A DNA stretch of 64,000 nt from Phoronis australis (Eukaryota > Animalia > Phoronida): contig NMRA01000427.1 in the NCBI GenBank assembly GCA_002633005.1, forward strand, positions 62,001 to 126,000, read 5' to 3'. The notes below the pieces were generated by a model. That model was not told where the DNA came from and searched no databases. It worked only from the letters and a program-made list of their open reading frames with translations. Below, one piece after another: positions 10,901 to 24,100 of the stretch. How positions within the stretch are numbered: position 1 is the first letter of the stretch; every line of letters begins with the position of its first letter. The translations under genes were made by a program, and so were the position numbers.

Positions 10901-13900
10901 GACATTGCCGGCCGCCAATTAGGAGCACAGTATATTTTTCAGAAATACAACCTTACATGCACTTTATGTTTGTCTCAGAATATCATGGTGACATTTGTGT
11001 TACCCCATACTTGTTCTGAGACGTGAATATTATCTGCGCGTGTGTAAACTTCAGATCATAACATGTCCAACCATATTCCAGTTTGAACGTCACATGACCT
11101 GTCACATGACGTCAGCACATGAACAGATGACGTTCACCTCCGACGGAAAAACTGAGCCACAGGAAATCCGTGATGTGGTCTGTATAGTAGCGAGTTAATT
11201 TCATTCTCGATCATTCACGTGCAGTTCTTGGCAGTGCACCTCTATGCTCCTCCATTAGTATACCCTGGGGCTTTCACGCACCACTCACGCTGTCACTTAA
11301 AAATACTTAAAAATGTCGTGTATGAGTACATACTGTGGATTACGTATAAAGGATTTGATTGATTAAGTTCGTTATGTTAACGGCATCTTTTGTATTATAA
11401 ACATTTTAATCGATGGTGATAGCTCACGGAAGAGTGTCTTTAAGACAGCGATTTGATAACTCATTCGCGAAAATATTTTACGCGCAGCATTCGTGTAGAA
11501 TTACCACAGGATATGAAGATAGATTAGATGCGAGTTTTCTAATGTTTAGCGCCGCGCGTTACACTAATTTCACTCAGTTTTTATAACTGTGATGAAGCGC
11601 AAACGCCTCCATATTAGTGAGCCAATAACGTGGTTCAAGTGGAGTTTGAATGCTAATCACTCACATATGCCGTTTTGCCTAAACGAATTAAGACATGTAG
11701 TATATTGCGAGAATGCGAAAAACGAAAGCGACGCGTTAGTTGTCAAAAATGTGAACCCCTCTAGGCTCTGAAACTTATACCTATTTGCAAGTAAAATGTA
11801 CTTAGTTGACGTTTAAAAACAGAAACCTAGCATAACAAAGAGGTCTCACTATACAGTATACGCAAACACGTACAGTGTACACGATGTTCGTACTTTGTTT
11901 TTGTTTGCTTGTTGAATTAAAATCAACGAAAGGCAGCAATAATTGGATAACAAATGCTCCCTAAAACAGCAAATCATTTAAGTCGCTCTATTTGAGGCAA
12001 GTGGACGCCCAAGGTTTAGTATATACTGTAGGTCATTGTCAAATCATCTACTGAGCGGTCACTTCCGCTTCCGAAGTCGTTGCATGAACGCCACTCCTGA
12101 GCAGAACATACGTGTAAATATGATTTTAATCACATTAAACTTGAAAGTCTAATGGTTCAATACATTTCGAAACTTACTATATTATTCATCGCAAAGACAA
12201 AGACAACAACATTAACATACACGATTGGAATCATTAAAACAGGGTTTGATATCATTCCAATATTTAAACTGCTAATTTCAATGAATTATCAAAGCTTGTG
12301 TTTGTTTCATGGGTGCCTGCTGGTACATTTTCAACGTATTTGTTACATATCGTATGGAATGTCCGCTATTATTGTACGGACCATATTATTGGATGGGTCT
12401 AAAAATTGTTTTTAATCGCCAAAAGTTACTTTCGCTCTGATGTTGAAAATGCATCTATAATCGCCTGACAAATTTGTCATACAAGTACGTGTAGGTCTAC
12501 AACGTCGTCAGCCATTATCAGTCGTTGCTCTCTGAATTATGTAGTGAATCTAGCTCACGTACAGTGTGGAAAATTAAGTTGTTCGAACGTGACCCGGCCA
12601 TGATTGTCTGCAAATTTCGAAAACAGTAAAGGAGGTCGGAAATGTGTTCCCAAAGAAAGACGGATAACCCGATTGTTTTCCATTAACTTTATTTGACAGG
12701 GATTAAAGTCCGTGAATGAACATTGTTTGGAAATCCGTCATTTACAGCAGCGTGACTGTAGACACCACTTGTAGGACCCGATGCCATGATTTCCGACGCA
12801 ACAAACGCGACAGAACATTAATTTAGGTTTGTTCAAGCATTTTATATCTAACCTTTGCTGCTTTGAAAATAAACTGATAACCAAAACATGCAGCCCAAAA
12901 GTCGCGGCAAACATTACAGCATTTTGTGCCACCATGAGAGTGATAATTTTTAAAGGGTCCATCGCCATTTGAGTAAATTAACCAATTAGTGTAGATTTTT
13001 TGACAACCGTAGAACGTATCAACTTAAGCTCCGCATGCCTTGTCAAAGCCAGCGTTTCCAAACCATGCTTACTGGTAACCAAAACACGAGATGTTGGGTA
13101 AAATTTACATACAGTTTGGTACGGATTGCCAATCTGTTATCACAGTCTGGTAAACGGTAGCCTATTAGGAAAGTGGCAAACCGTAATACCGGATTGTCAA
13201 CTCGTGATGACAAAATGCACTTTTATTTTTTCTGAGACTAATAGACCTTTGTAAAAACTGAGGCGACAGGGCACCTTTATATTTTGTCTTTATGTCAGCG
13301 GGCACACGTCTCAAAATGAGTAAGGATACAAAACAGGACCAATTATACTTTCTGGCACAATTTTTACACTTGTGCCGGTCTATCGCTTACATGTGTCGCA
13401 TGTCAATGAAGTTATTGCAAAATACAGGTGTGATGCCGCACCGTAATAACTAACGTAAAAATAACAAAAACTAAATGAAAAACCAACTTTTTCAATTTAC
13501 CCTCAATGCTATTTTACTAGAAATAAACAAACAATATCCAAATGTTTTATAAATTAGTTAATGAAGTAAAACAACGGCTGTTTTATGGCATTTTGGGAAT
13601 TTTTTCGAACGAGTTCGCAGTGAAAAGGGCCCGCTGCAGACCAATGAACCGTGTACACTAAAGCCCTTTAGACAAACCCTTACTTTGTATTGACAAATGA
13701 CAGCATTGTGAGCATAATTAAGCGTTTATTCATAGCACTGCAAATCACAATCGTGGTTCAATATCCCATTAACGAGAAAATTGAAGAAAGGCGAATTGAC
13801 TGAGTTCCTTAGCTCCACGGACATGCGTTTGACGTATTAGCGTACCCAAAACCAGTGTGTCACGTCCATGAACACGCGAGTTTCGTGCACAAACATGCCC

Positions 13901-14834
13901 GGCGGGAAAGTGAAAACAACTAAAACATGACCAAATACTAAGTTGTCACCACTACCACCACAGACGCAACGCCTCGCCTTTCCTTATACAAAAAACCACG
14001 GGAAAACCAGCGCCATATCTGACGACTGTTCACACTAAACACAAATGAGGATGACTAGCGCTGTTGCGGACTGTTCCGATTTCAGGTATTTTGTATCGAC
14101 CAATACATGGTGGTAACTCGAAATTAGCTAATTAACATATCGTTAGATAGTGTTTTCAGGTGCTTTAATTTGACCGACATGTGGGCTTGTTTTTTTTTTT
14201 TTTTGGTGTTTTTAATATGTAATTGTTGTTTTAGCATTTTACGTGCTGAAGCATGGCGAGTGGCGAAGGGTTATTTGCGCCTAAGAGGTACGTCAGTATT
14301 GCAAAGATAATCTAATTGAGGATTTGTATTTCCACATTTATACCTTCTATTTTTGTGGACACAACTAGACCTTGGTACGTGTACGGAAAGTTAAAATGAC
14401 ATTGCTGTTTAGGTTTTTAACACGACGGACTTTCACGATCTCCGACGAGAACTCCGGCTTCCTTCCTCATGCATAGCAATAGCTTCTTGAATTTTTTTTT
14501 CACTTGAAGGTCTTTAATTGAATGAAGCGCGCTATGCACGGCTTCTTGCGAAATCGACATCGGCGCCTGACTGTCACAAGATAACTTTCTAAAAATAAGC
14601 AAACTCCCTCAACACCCTAATCTCTACTAACGCAACATGCAAACAAAGTGCACGCGCTACTGCACCTTAAAAACCTGGTCGGTAGTGATTTTCATTTTGT
14701 TATCTTGGTAATAACGGAATCACCCTAAGGAAATTGTAAAAAAAAAATTGCAGCGCTCTGACAAGTGAAACTTGACGAAGGAGACCACGACCCTCTTGCA
14801 CCAACGAGCAGTAAATGACAAATCATTAAATAAA

Positions 14835-15800
14835 AATTAGACTGAGGAATTAGTCATCATATCAGAGAATCTCAAAAAACTCAAAAAGGTAAGCCGTAGC
14901 GAGACACCAATAACGGAACACATATAACCCTAGAGAAAATCTATTTACGGACCAAATTTGAGAATGTTCGGTCAAAGGAATAGAGAGCTTAATATACAAG
15001 GAGGTACACAGACGGTATTGGACAAACATCTTAGGTTCAATTTTGGTCAAAAAAGAAACCTCGCACCATTGACTGAATGAACACTGAAAGTAAATTTAAA
15101 GTTCGAGCTCTAGCACGAACATGATGGGCCGCCAAAGTGTAGTTAGACATAAGTCAATAAAAGAACATCATCTGACCAGTAGTAAATCTCGAATATCCCG
15201 AGAACGGCGAGTCGTAGCAAGAAACGGATGGCAAATTGCAGACAGTACTTGACAAGATCTCTTACCATACACCAAATTTTTAGAAAATCTCGCACAGGAG
15301 GCCGAGATACCACAACAAAACCGAGTCTATTAATGATCAGTCACAAATGGCCCAATTCCTATAGTTGTTGAATTGAATTATCCACAGAAAAAGCAGAACA
15401 TTCAACTGCAAACCAATAAAAAAGAAAAAAGCTGCCACAACGACATCTGGCGTCTGATTTCAACTAAAAGTTAAACACGTTGTGAGCTATTAACGAGACA
15501 TGCTTTTAGTTAATTTCACCTGCTTTTCATGAAAATGGATTCAAGACTCAAGACTGAAATCTCGAATAACTTGAGAACGGACGTAGAGAAACTCGGATGT
15601 CACGGTTCCGATAGCGCTTGCCAGGATCTACGCGCACACCAGATAAAATAGACCAAGAGTTAACGGAGTTATATGCGTGACTTGGCAAACCAAAAACAAC
15701 AAATGGTAGTCAAACCGTCATCTTACATCCGATTTCAACCCAAAACAACTCTCTTCGAGCAATACACGAGGCACGTGTAAAGCTTGGTCTCAATCAATTA
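14835..15800 (+). repeat. Degenerate tandem repeat (about 320-370 bp period), probably an old non-autonomous element
   Basis: Recurrent AATCTC(G/A)AA...GAGAACGG...CGTAG...GATCT...CACC blocks near 14868, 15185 and 15557. Confidence 0.45.
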
Positions 15801-17938
15801 CTGCACGTATCTGTCAATTGTTTACAAGCTCTTAAATCAAATTTACGTTGATTAAGGAACGAGTATAGACCAATTGCATATTGGTACGTGGTCTATAATC
15901 AAACGTTGTTTTTTGTGACCGAAGGCGGGTTCGGTCTGTTTCCAGGGAAAAACATCTGTCTTGAAACCAAGCCCTTATCTGTATATAGCTAAAATTTAAT
16001 GAAATTCCTTCAATGCAGGTGCCCAGTGTTTATTAGGTGGACATTTCTATTCTCCTGCTCTTTAAGCAGTGATTTCTCGGTGCTGACCTTATAATGTGTA
16101 GTAGACGTTTTGTGAACCTGCAACTGTAGTTTCCATAGAACGTTTGTCCAGATTTGCAATCCAGTGACATTCAAGAACTAACGCAGCTTAATTGAAAGAG
16201 TGTCAACTTTGGCAATTTTTCTAATTTGCGCAAATCCAACATAACCACTGTTTGGTTTTAGGAAACGTAATTTTGGAAGTATACGGTGGGATTCAACAGT
16301 TATATTTATAAGCCACGGTTCACTTAAAATTGGCACCTGCTGGTTTGGCTTCGCGTTTCAAGTTTTCTGCTGCATGTGAAGGCTACGAATGGCATTTGTT
16401 GATTTTTGAATCTGTTCTGAATGAAAGGTTGTCAGATGTTGACCCCTTGACCCACTGTTTGCTCAGCCATGGCTTTTCTTAAACCTTTACTACTTGCAAG
16501 CAGGAAGTTGAAATATAGTTTAAAATTCAGGTACACGTCAGACTCTTTGGATTTGTGAAAAATCTGGCTGGACGACACCCACTTACCACCTGATTTTTTC
16601 GAATCTGGAGAGTTTTGTCAATCTAAATTCACTGTCTCTCAGTTCTTAGTAATTGCATGCAAATGGTGTCTGTTGGGTGAAAACTGCTGTTTTGGCGTAT
16701 TTGTGCTAGTTTTTCAAGTAGCCGGCTGTACCCCCGCTAGCTGGCAATTGTTATTCGAATCATTTTCATTGGACTTTGTGCAAGATTTTTGAAGCCTTTG
16801 TCCCATTTTACTTATCAAAATTTCAGGTTCTGTACATCCTGTAGAAAAGATTACTTGGACCTAACTCGACATGTTTCTTCAAGCCCCAAATCAGGAAAAA
16901 CTGTTCAGTGGCACCGCAAATCCTTTAGCCCGATACGTACACAGTGTAAACCTTGATGTTTTCCAAGTTTAGTTTTGTTGTTACATTTCTATCTGATCAT
17001 TTTGACCTATGAGTTGTAACTGTTAAAGTGTTTGAGTAGATTTTGATATGCAAAGTAAGGCTGCCATTGCGAAAAAAATATTTTTGCTTAAAAGTTCCTC
17101 AGAAAGCACCCCAGGTACAATGTAGCTTATTTTGATGTAGTTTCTCAATTATATGGTCGCATGGCCAGTGAATTTCGTGGATCTGTTTTATCTGTGAATT
17201 TGCATAATGTATGCAAATTATGGTCGCCAAATTCTGCTTGTAGCTGCGGTACAACGTCTTAAAGTTGAATCATTTTGATATTTGTAACCACTTTTCAACG
17301 GTCAATTAGTTTAATGAAACCAGTTGGCAGGCTGATCAACGATCAATGTCCGTAATCTGTGAAAATAAAAATAGTCTCTATTTATCTTGTTTCTGATCAG
17401 GATACTGTGGGTTGGTTTGATTTTTGTTCATGAGATTTTATTCAAATCAGTTTGAACACAGTTTTTCTGCAGAGTTCAGGTCAATTCAATTTTGAGATGG
17501 CTGTTGGATATCATTTTAAAACGTTACTCTCAATATACTCACTGTACGGTTGCACACGATTCTTTTCCAGCAGGTCTTTGAAAAAGTCGAATCCATTTCA
17601 CTTAATAGTTTCTTTCAAACAGACGTCAAGTTCCAAGTCTGCATGGGTACATGTATAAACGCCCGAATTATTGCTACAACTAACTGTTGTCTCAGAACTT
17701 AACAATAGGTTAACACAACTCCACGTGAATTTCCTTACTTGCACAGAGTTTATATCGGGGTTCATATTAGGTCAAGGCCAAGCAATGAAAACTAGTCTAT
17801 CATTACATGGATTCATTTCAAAGTTCATTCCATAAAACCCATCCCTAAGCAGCAATCTTATCTCTTGGTTAGGGTCACATGCACTACATATACATGTATC
17901 AGGATCACTAACTTATACTTTCTGAAAAAGTTTAGAAA

Positions 17939-18490
17939 TAATCATCATAGGGTGTCATCCCTTTTGAGGTCGACGTGAATTGGACCTCCATCTCTCTCTG
18001 TTGTTTGCCAGTCTGGTGCATTCTGTCATCGTTGATCTTGTCGATGTCTTGATTTCATCTCTCCACATTAATCGTTGTCGTCCTCAGTCTTTCCCCGCCC
18101 ACGTGACCGTATAGTATGTGTTTCTATAATGTTGTCGTGTCTTGCTGTGTGCACCAAAAAGTTCAATATACGACTTTGGATGGTGGATAAAAGAGATGGT
18201 TTGACACCTAGCTGTTTGCACACGTTTTCATTTGTCATTTTCTTCGTCCAGCTTCAGTATTCTTCCGATCCTTCTGAATATCCACATTTCAAAAGCTTCG
18301 ATCTTTGTTTCCAATGTTTTATTGAGAGTTGATGTCTCACATCGTACATAAGGATCGAATATACATAGCAAGCTGTGAGTCGCAGTCTGAGAGTGATTGG
18401 TATGTTTCTTGATGTTAATATCGTTTTCATTTTTGTAAATACTGATTTCGCCATTCCAATTCGTTCTCTTATCTCTGTTACACATTTTAG
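17939..18490 (-). mobile_element. RTE-type LINE 3' fragment (post-RT C-terminus and short-repeat tail)
   Basis: EIRERIGMAKSVFTKMKTILTSRNIPITLRLRL..CYVYSILMY, CET.TL...KIEAFEMWIFRRIGRI, TNENV, NRERWR, followed by an ATGATGATT tail; frameshifted. Confidence 0.88.
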
Positions 18491-21059
18491 AAATAAACGT
18501 TTACGGAAAGTCCTTCACTACAACCAATATGATAAGCTATTCTCAGTACATCGCACAGCTACGAGATGTTTGCCCATGTTCAGCTATCAGACAAGCTTTG
18601 TCTGCAAATTTCGAATAGCTTGTTTGAGTTGTTTAACCCCATTTTGTAACCGTCTCTGAATTCTGAATTTTTAATGAATATTGTAACTGAATCAAACTGC
18701 AATTTCTCCTAATATACAGAGACATATACACCATATACTTTTCAATGAATGCCTGACTAAATTATCCACAGTTAGTGTGAGGGGCCCACACTCAGAAACC
18801 TTAAAGGATCGCAATCTTCTGAATCGTTGAAATCACTTTCTAAATGGCTTAACCAGTTATTTATTTATCCTCTCTGGTTCCTTTCCTTTTTATTTCATTA
18901 TTACATGTACATGTACATGCCCCTTTTTCATTTTGATAAATCTCTTGATTTTTATAATTTTGAAATATTTTAAGTCAATCAGGCATTCGAAATGATAATT
19001 TCTTATGAACTAAAATATTTACTTTTACGTCAGGTATAATCATCAAGAACTGAAAATGCCTTTCTTATGATGTGCCTCTTATGCAATCCGGTTGGAAAAC
19101 AGCGGATTAGCAAAAAGTTTTAATGGCAGTAAATTCAATAGCAAGTACCCGGTACACACACCAGAACAAACGAATGCAACAACTTTTACGCATGCGCGGT
19201 GCAATTTCAGCGGTCGCAAGATCGGAGTTGGCATTCCAGGGCTAGAATTCTATGACTAGATAAACTATAAAAGTCATCTGAACAGTGCATTCAAAAGGTG
19301 AAAGGTAACCAACAAACAAACTTTTACCACTGTATTGATTACAGTCGACTCTGGGGGAAATTCATTGGAAAAGACACTAGAAGACCGTTAAGTTGACCTT
19401 GACGATTCAATTAATACAATTTTATACCACGTCCCTCAAGCAGTTGGCTCTATCTGGTCAAGTAGATTTTCCAGTAGTTAGAGTCGACACGCAGGCGTTA
19501 GCTATGCCATTCTATAGGGTTAAATGGTTGCATTTCTAATGCAAATTTGAAATGGGATTTTGGGATGGAAAAGTCTGAATGTATATACCACTGTCAGATA
19601 CTTTGAGTCTGAAGGTCTCCACCAGCGTGGTATGCGTCTTGCCAACAGTTGTGACATAAGATTTCACCTATTTGGGAATGAAAGATTAGATTTGCTGGGG
19701 ACCAACTGGTGTTGGCTAGAATAGGTTGGTTCGGGATGCTAAAATATTTTATGGTTGCTGTAGAACCTTTTTCGTTTCCCTGTCTGGTGCATAAAGATAT
19801 GGTCGACAACGGAGAAAGGAGGTTCAAAATCTTCCCAAAAAGAACAACGCTAAAGCCATCTGCTAACTTGGTACAGCACGACTTTAGATCCCACTATTTT
19901 CAGCACGTAGATGCAAAACCTCGACCTCCTGACTTGACCGATAACACCCATTTTGGGTAGGATAACTGAGATGATATCCCTATTCCAGTGATTTCTCGGG
20001 TTGACCCAACGCTTGCCGTTCTCAATATGCAGGTAGCGGTGAATCACCTGGATGTCACAAACACAACTTGCAATATACTGTATACGCAGAGCTTATAGCT
20101 GTCTTTTTTCTTGCGGAGAGTAATGAGAGTATTCATCCGTCAGACAATCTGATTGTGTAACAATGGTTAGGATCCAGTGAATACGTGGACTGTTGAAAAG
20201 CACAACACAAATTGCAAGGAACTGGTTGCTGTACCTGATCACCTAGATTGGTAATACATACATTTTCAAGATGGTGTCTGGTAGTCATCTTAAATTTGGC
20301 ATGACAAATTAGTGAAACGGATATCTGTGCAACCAAAAAATAAAAATAAATATCGCATTTTCTGGCCTTTTTCAAAACTTTAATGGGGAGTAGTGGTAGA
20401 TATTTCACATGTAAAATAGCAAAAAGTAGTTTTTCGGTACTTCACCATTCGGCAGCAGAGTTATCTTAAGACCGTATCACCCCGTGTGTTTGAACCGAAT
20501 GCAAAACAATCGAAAAACGTCTGGACTTTATGATTAACGCGACGCATTTCATGGCACCTTGAACTTCGTTAATATATTTGTACAACTCCCCCTGTCGTCA
20601 AGATGCCTGTTTAATCGAGAATCTGATCAAAGAACGCATAATGTGTTGTGAATCAATCACCACGTTAGCGATTTGTTCACGGCGAGAAAAATTATCTGAA
20701 ATAAATTGATATACATGTAATGGGGACTAAACAGGTGATTTTCATACTGGTTGATTTATGAAAACTAAGATTATATAAAAGGTTAGTTTAAGACCATTTT
20801 ACCCAAAGAAATTAGATAAAAAATAGCAAAATATAGCTGCGTTATCTGGTACCCGTTGATGAATGGTTTTAGTAACCTTTTTCACCGTGACATGTAGGTC
20901 GCGGTGCAGGAGCACGTGCACGGAAATGATTAACAACAGACTAGATTCAGCTTCGATTTGAAAACGGCTGTCTCTCATCCGGTGGGTTTTGTAAACAAAT
21001 ACGATCGCGAGCTCAACGTCTGTACAAATGACGCACGTTGTGAACCATTATGCTCATGT

Positions 21060-21190
21060 TGACCTATCACGTTCATTTGATCTATTGTAACCATTTTCAC
21101 CATTTATGTCCATTTTGACTCACATCGCCCTGTTTATCATGACCAACCGCTGACTCTATTCAACCGTTTAGTCGGTTTCACCCATTAGCT
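21060..21190 (-). repeat. Degenerate ~20-bp minisatellite, same family as 32870-33075 in opposite orientation
   Basis: Recurrent GTCCATTTTGAC/CATTTGATC-like units. Confidence 0.45.
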
Positions 21191-24100
21191 TAATGCCGGT
21201 GATAATTTGTATTAAAGTACATGTAGATTAAACAGGCTATTAATTCCGTTTTCATTAATTCTATTGAAAATGATATATTCTGTTGCTCGCCTAGGTCCAG
21301 TATGTCAAGTATATCCATTTCATCAATTAAACTGTTTGTCACTGATTTTGTCCATGTTCATCCCTTAATGCGGCTTATTATCCATTTATGTATGTTAGAA
21401 AATATAGCTGATAGTGTAATTCCAAACCTATACTACATACATATACTTCCGTCATGACCAGTTGTGCTGACGTGGGCACGATGGGTGGGGGATCCTGATC
21501 CATTTGTTTTTGGTCTAATATGCTCCTGTTCAATGGTTACATCCATTTTTTCATCGTTCACTGGTGTACGTACTCTTGGAAACGGAATTTCGATAATACA
21601 TTGTATTTTAATACTTCCCAAGGGTGCGCGTTTCGCCAAAACCGAGAAAAAACATCTGGGGGAATGACCATAAAGACCAACAACTCTGAGCTCGCATTTT
21701 ACACATTTTCCCTCATGACACCCTTTAGATTTAATCGAAGGCAATCCCCAAGATATGCCCCTAAATTTGCAAGTCCAAGCAACTTACACATCGCTGGAGA
21801 CCGGACTGTGCCCAACTGAGATAACAAGTAACCACGAAGCACCCCTCCTGCCATCGATTGTCTATTCCAGACAGAGTTTTGTGGCTACATGTATGCTCTT
21901 CCATTTCTGTACACGAGATCAAAACTTAAGGAGCTTGTGACGGCAATTTAACTACCTTTCCTAGCACTGACTAAATGAAAATGCTGACTGAATAGTTGAA
22001 AATGCAGAATATAAAAACGACAACCGTGACTTACGGCTCGACAGCATGCAATGCTTGGTGGCGAAGGTAGATCAGGTGGCGTTTAAGCAAGGCCCTCGGT
22101 AGAAGTTAACAGCTTTACTTGTATGTAAACAGTCTGGTTACTGGAGAAACGTCGGAACGTCGATTCAGCGGGAAAGCTCGAACGTCTACAAGATCGAGAG
22201 GTGGCATAATTAGTAAATTTGTCGAGCCTGGTCTCAAGCAATGACCGGCGGAATGTTATTTGACGTGTGGACGGGTGTGTCGACATCCTTTCTCCAATGT
22301 CACCAAACTTGCAGACGACAATCATTACAATGGCACGTGTTTTGTTAAATATGCTGATATTTTCTTCAAACAATCTTCGTCATGTTTCTGTTAGCGTTTC
22401 ATATAAGTTATCCGAATATGTAACCTAACGTTTATATATATCACGAAATACTCGACTAAGAGCATTCACCACGGGCTTACCTGTACAGTATGTCCAGATT
22501 AAATTACTAGTCCTTATCCCAAATTTCAAAAATGTGCCTCACTAAAGGACAAAACAGAGGGAGAATTTTGTTCAGAGAAGTTGCTTGATTGTTACGGTAG
22601 CCGTTAGGTGGGAGGTTTGTGCTCGCCACCAATTATAGATTGCCCTTGTAGTAAAAAGTGCGTGATGCGCTTTTTTCTAACAAACAGTAATTTTCAAAAT
22701 AGACAACTTCGAAATTCGACAACATTTTGGTTAACTTAACCTCGATGTCACTTTTCTCTCAACTAGCATTCGTTTCAATTCTAGGGCCAGTCACCAGGGC
22801 AAAATATCTTCTTTCGAATGAGCTCACACAGGACTACATGTAGTGGCGATTTTGAACTGGAAAGATTAGAGGGATTTAGGTGCGACAAAAGTTCTATTTT
22901 ATCGCATCGTGAAAAGGTTCAACCAATCTGCCATTTAGTTCTGGTAAATGGTTTACCCAAGTATGGCAGGGTTTGAAAGAGTTCAGTAGAAGTATAATTT
23001 CTAGTTTCGTTTGAAACCTACTGTCTAATTGTACGCTACAGGTACATCTAAATCTAAAGCCATGTTCGAGTTCATTCAGGAGGTTCCCGTAGATGTGTAG
23101 ACTGTATGGGAAGACACGACCATATTAAACAGGTACGTGATCACTGGTTCACGGTTTATGTATGGTCTGGACTTTAACTGCATATATCGTGTTGTGCGCC
23201 CACATGGGTACGGAAACAAATCGCCATACAACCATATTTTGGCTTGTATGTGCCCGTAATTCCCCCCCCCCCAAATTCCCCTTAAAGTGCAACTTGGTCA
23301 AATTAGTTAGAAGCACAGCATATAGCGACGATATGATGGAGTGGGTTGAAAAGTACTAAATGGTTTTTAAGAACGAGTTTTTTATCACTCAACCGTATCC
23401 AGTAAGTATCGTGGTGTGGTGTTGGGGAATAACATTGCAGGGTGCGGGCTGTGTGACCCCCCAAGGTACGTCATTAGGTCAAAGATCACCTATATGCAGA
23501 TTTTTTTTCGCATTTACACGTTGGCAGTGAATACAACTGCACAACTGCATAAAATTGTGGAAAATATCATTGTCGTTTAGTTCCTGTTACACATTAGCAT
23601 AGATAGGAGTATGGAAATGCATCTTTATAGTAACATTGCCGTTAAGTTCCTGCTGTACATTAGTAGATAGGAGCTTGCAAATGCATCTTCAAGTCGCCAA
23701 TGAAACAGAAACATGTAGTGTCCTTCAATAGTTAAAGCCTTTCTTAAACGGAATGTTGTGGTTTAAAATGGAATTGGCCGCACATATAGTCTTGGCAATA
23801 TAAGAAAACGTGATATAATTTATTTGCTCAGAAACCCATGCTCGTAAAATGACAAAAGAAGTACCCTTTCTCGCACCACGTCAATGTAACATCGAAAACA
23901 CAGAACAGAGAACGACAGACCGAACGTATTCGGGTTGACTTCCGGCCTAAGTAACAGCAATTAAGGACTCTTGCAGTGACGTACATGTAGGCGAACGTTA
24001 GTTAATTCACCTAACTTCTCATTACATTGGTGCTCCCAACGTGTTATTTAAAACGTGATTATCGAATCAAATCCACGTGTGTCACCTTGAGTTGATACTG

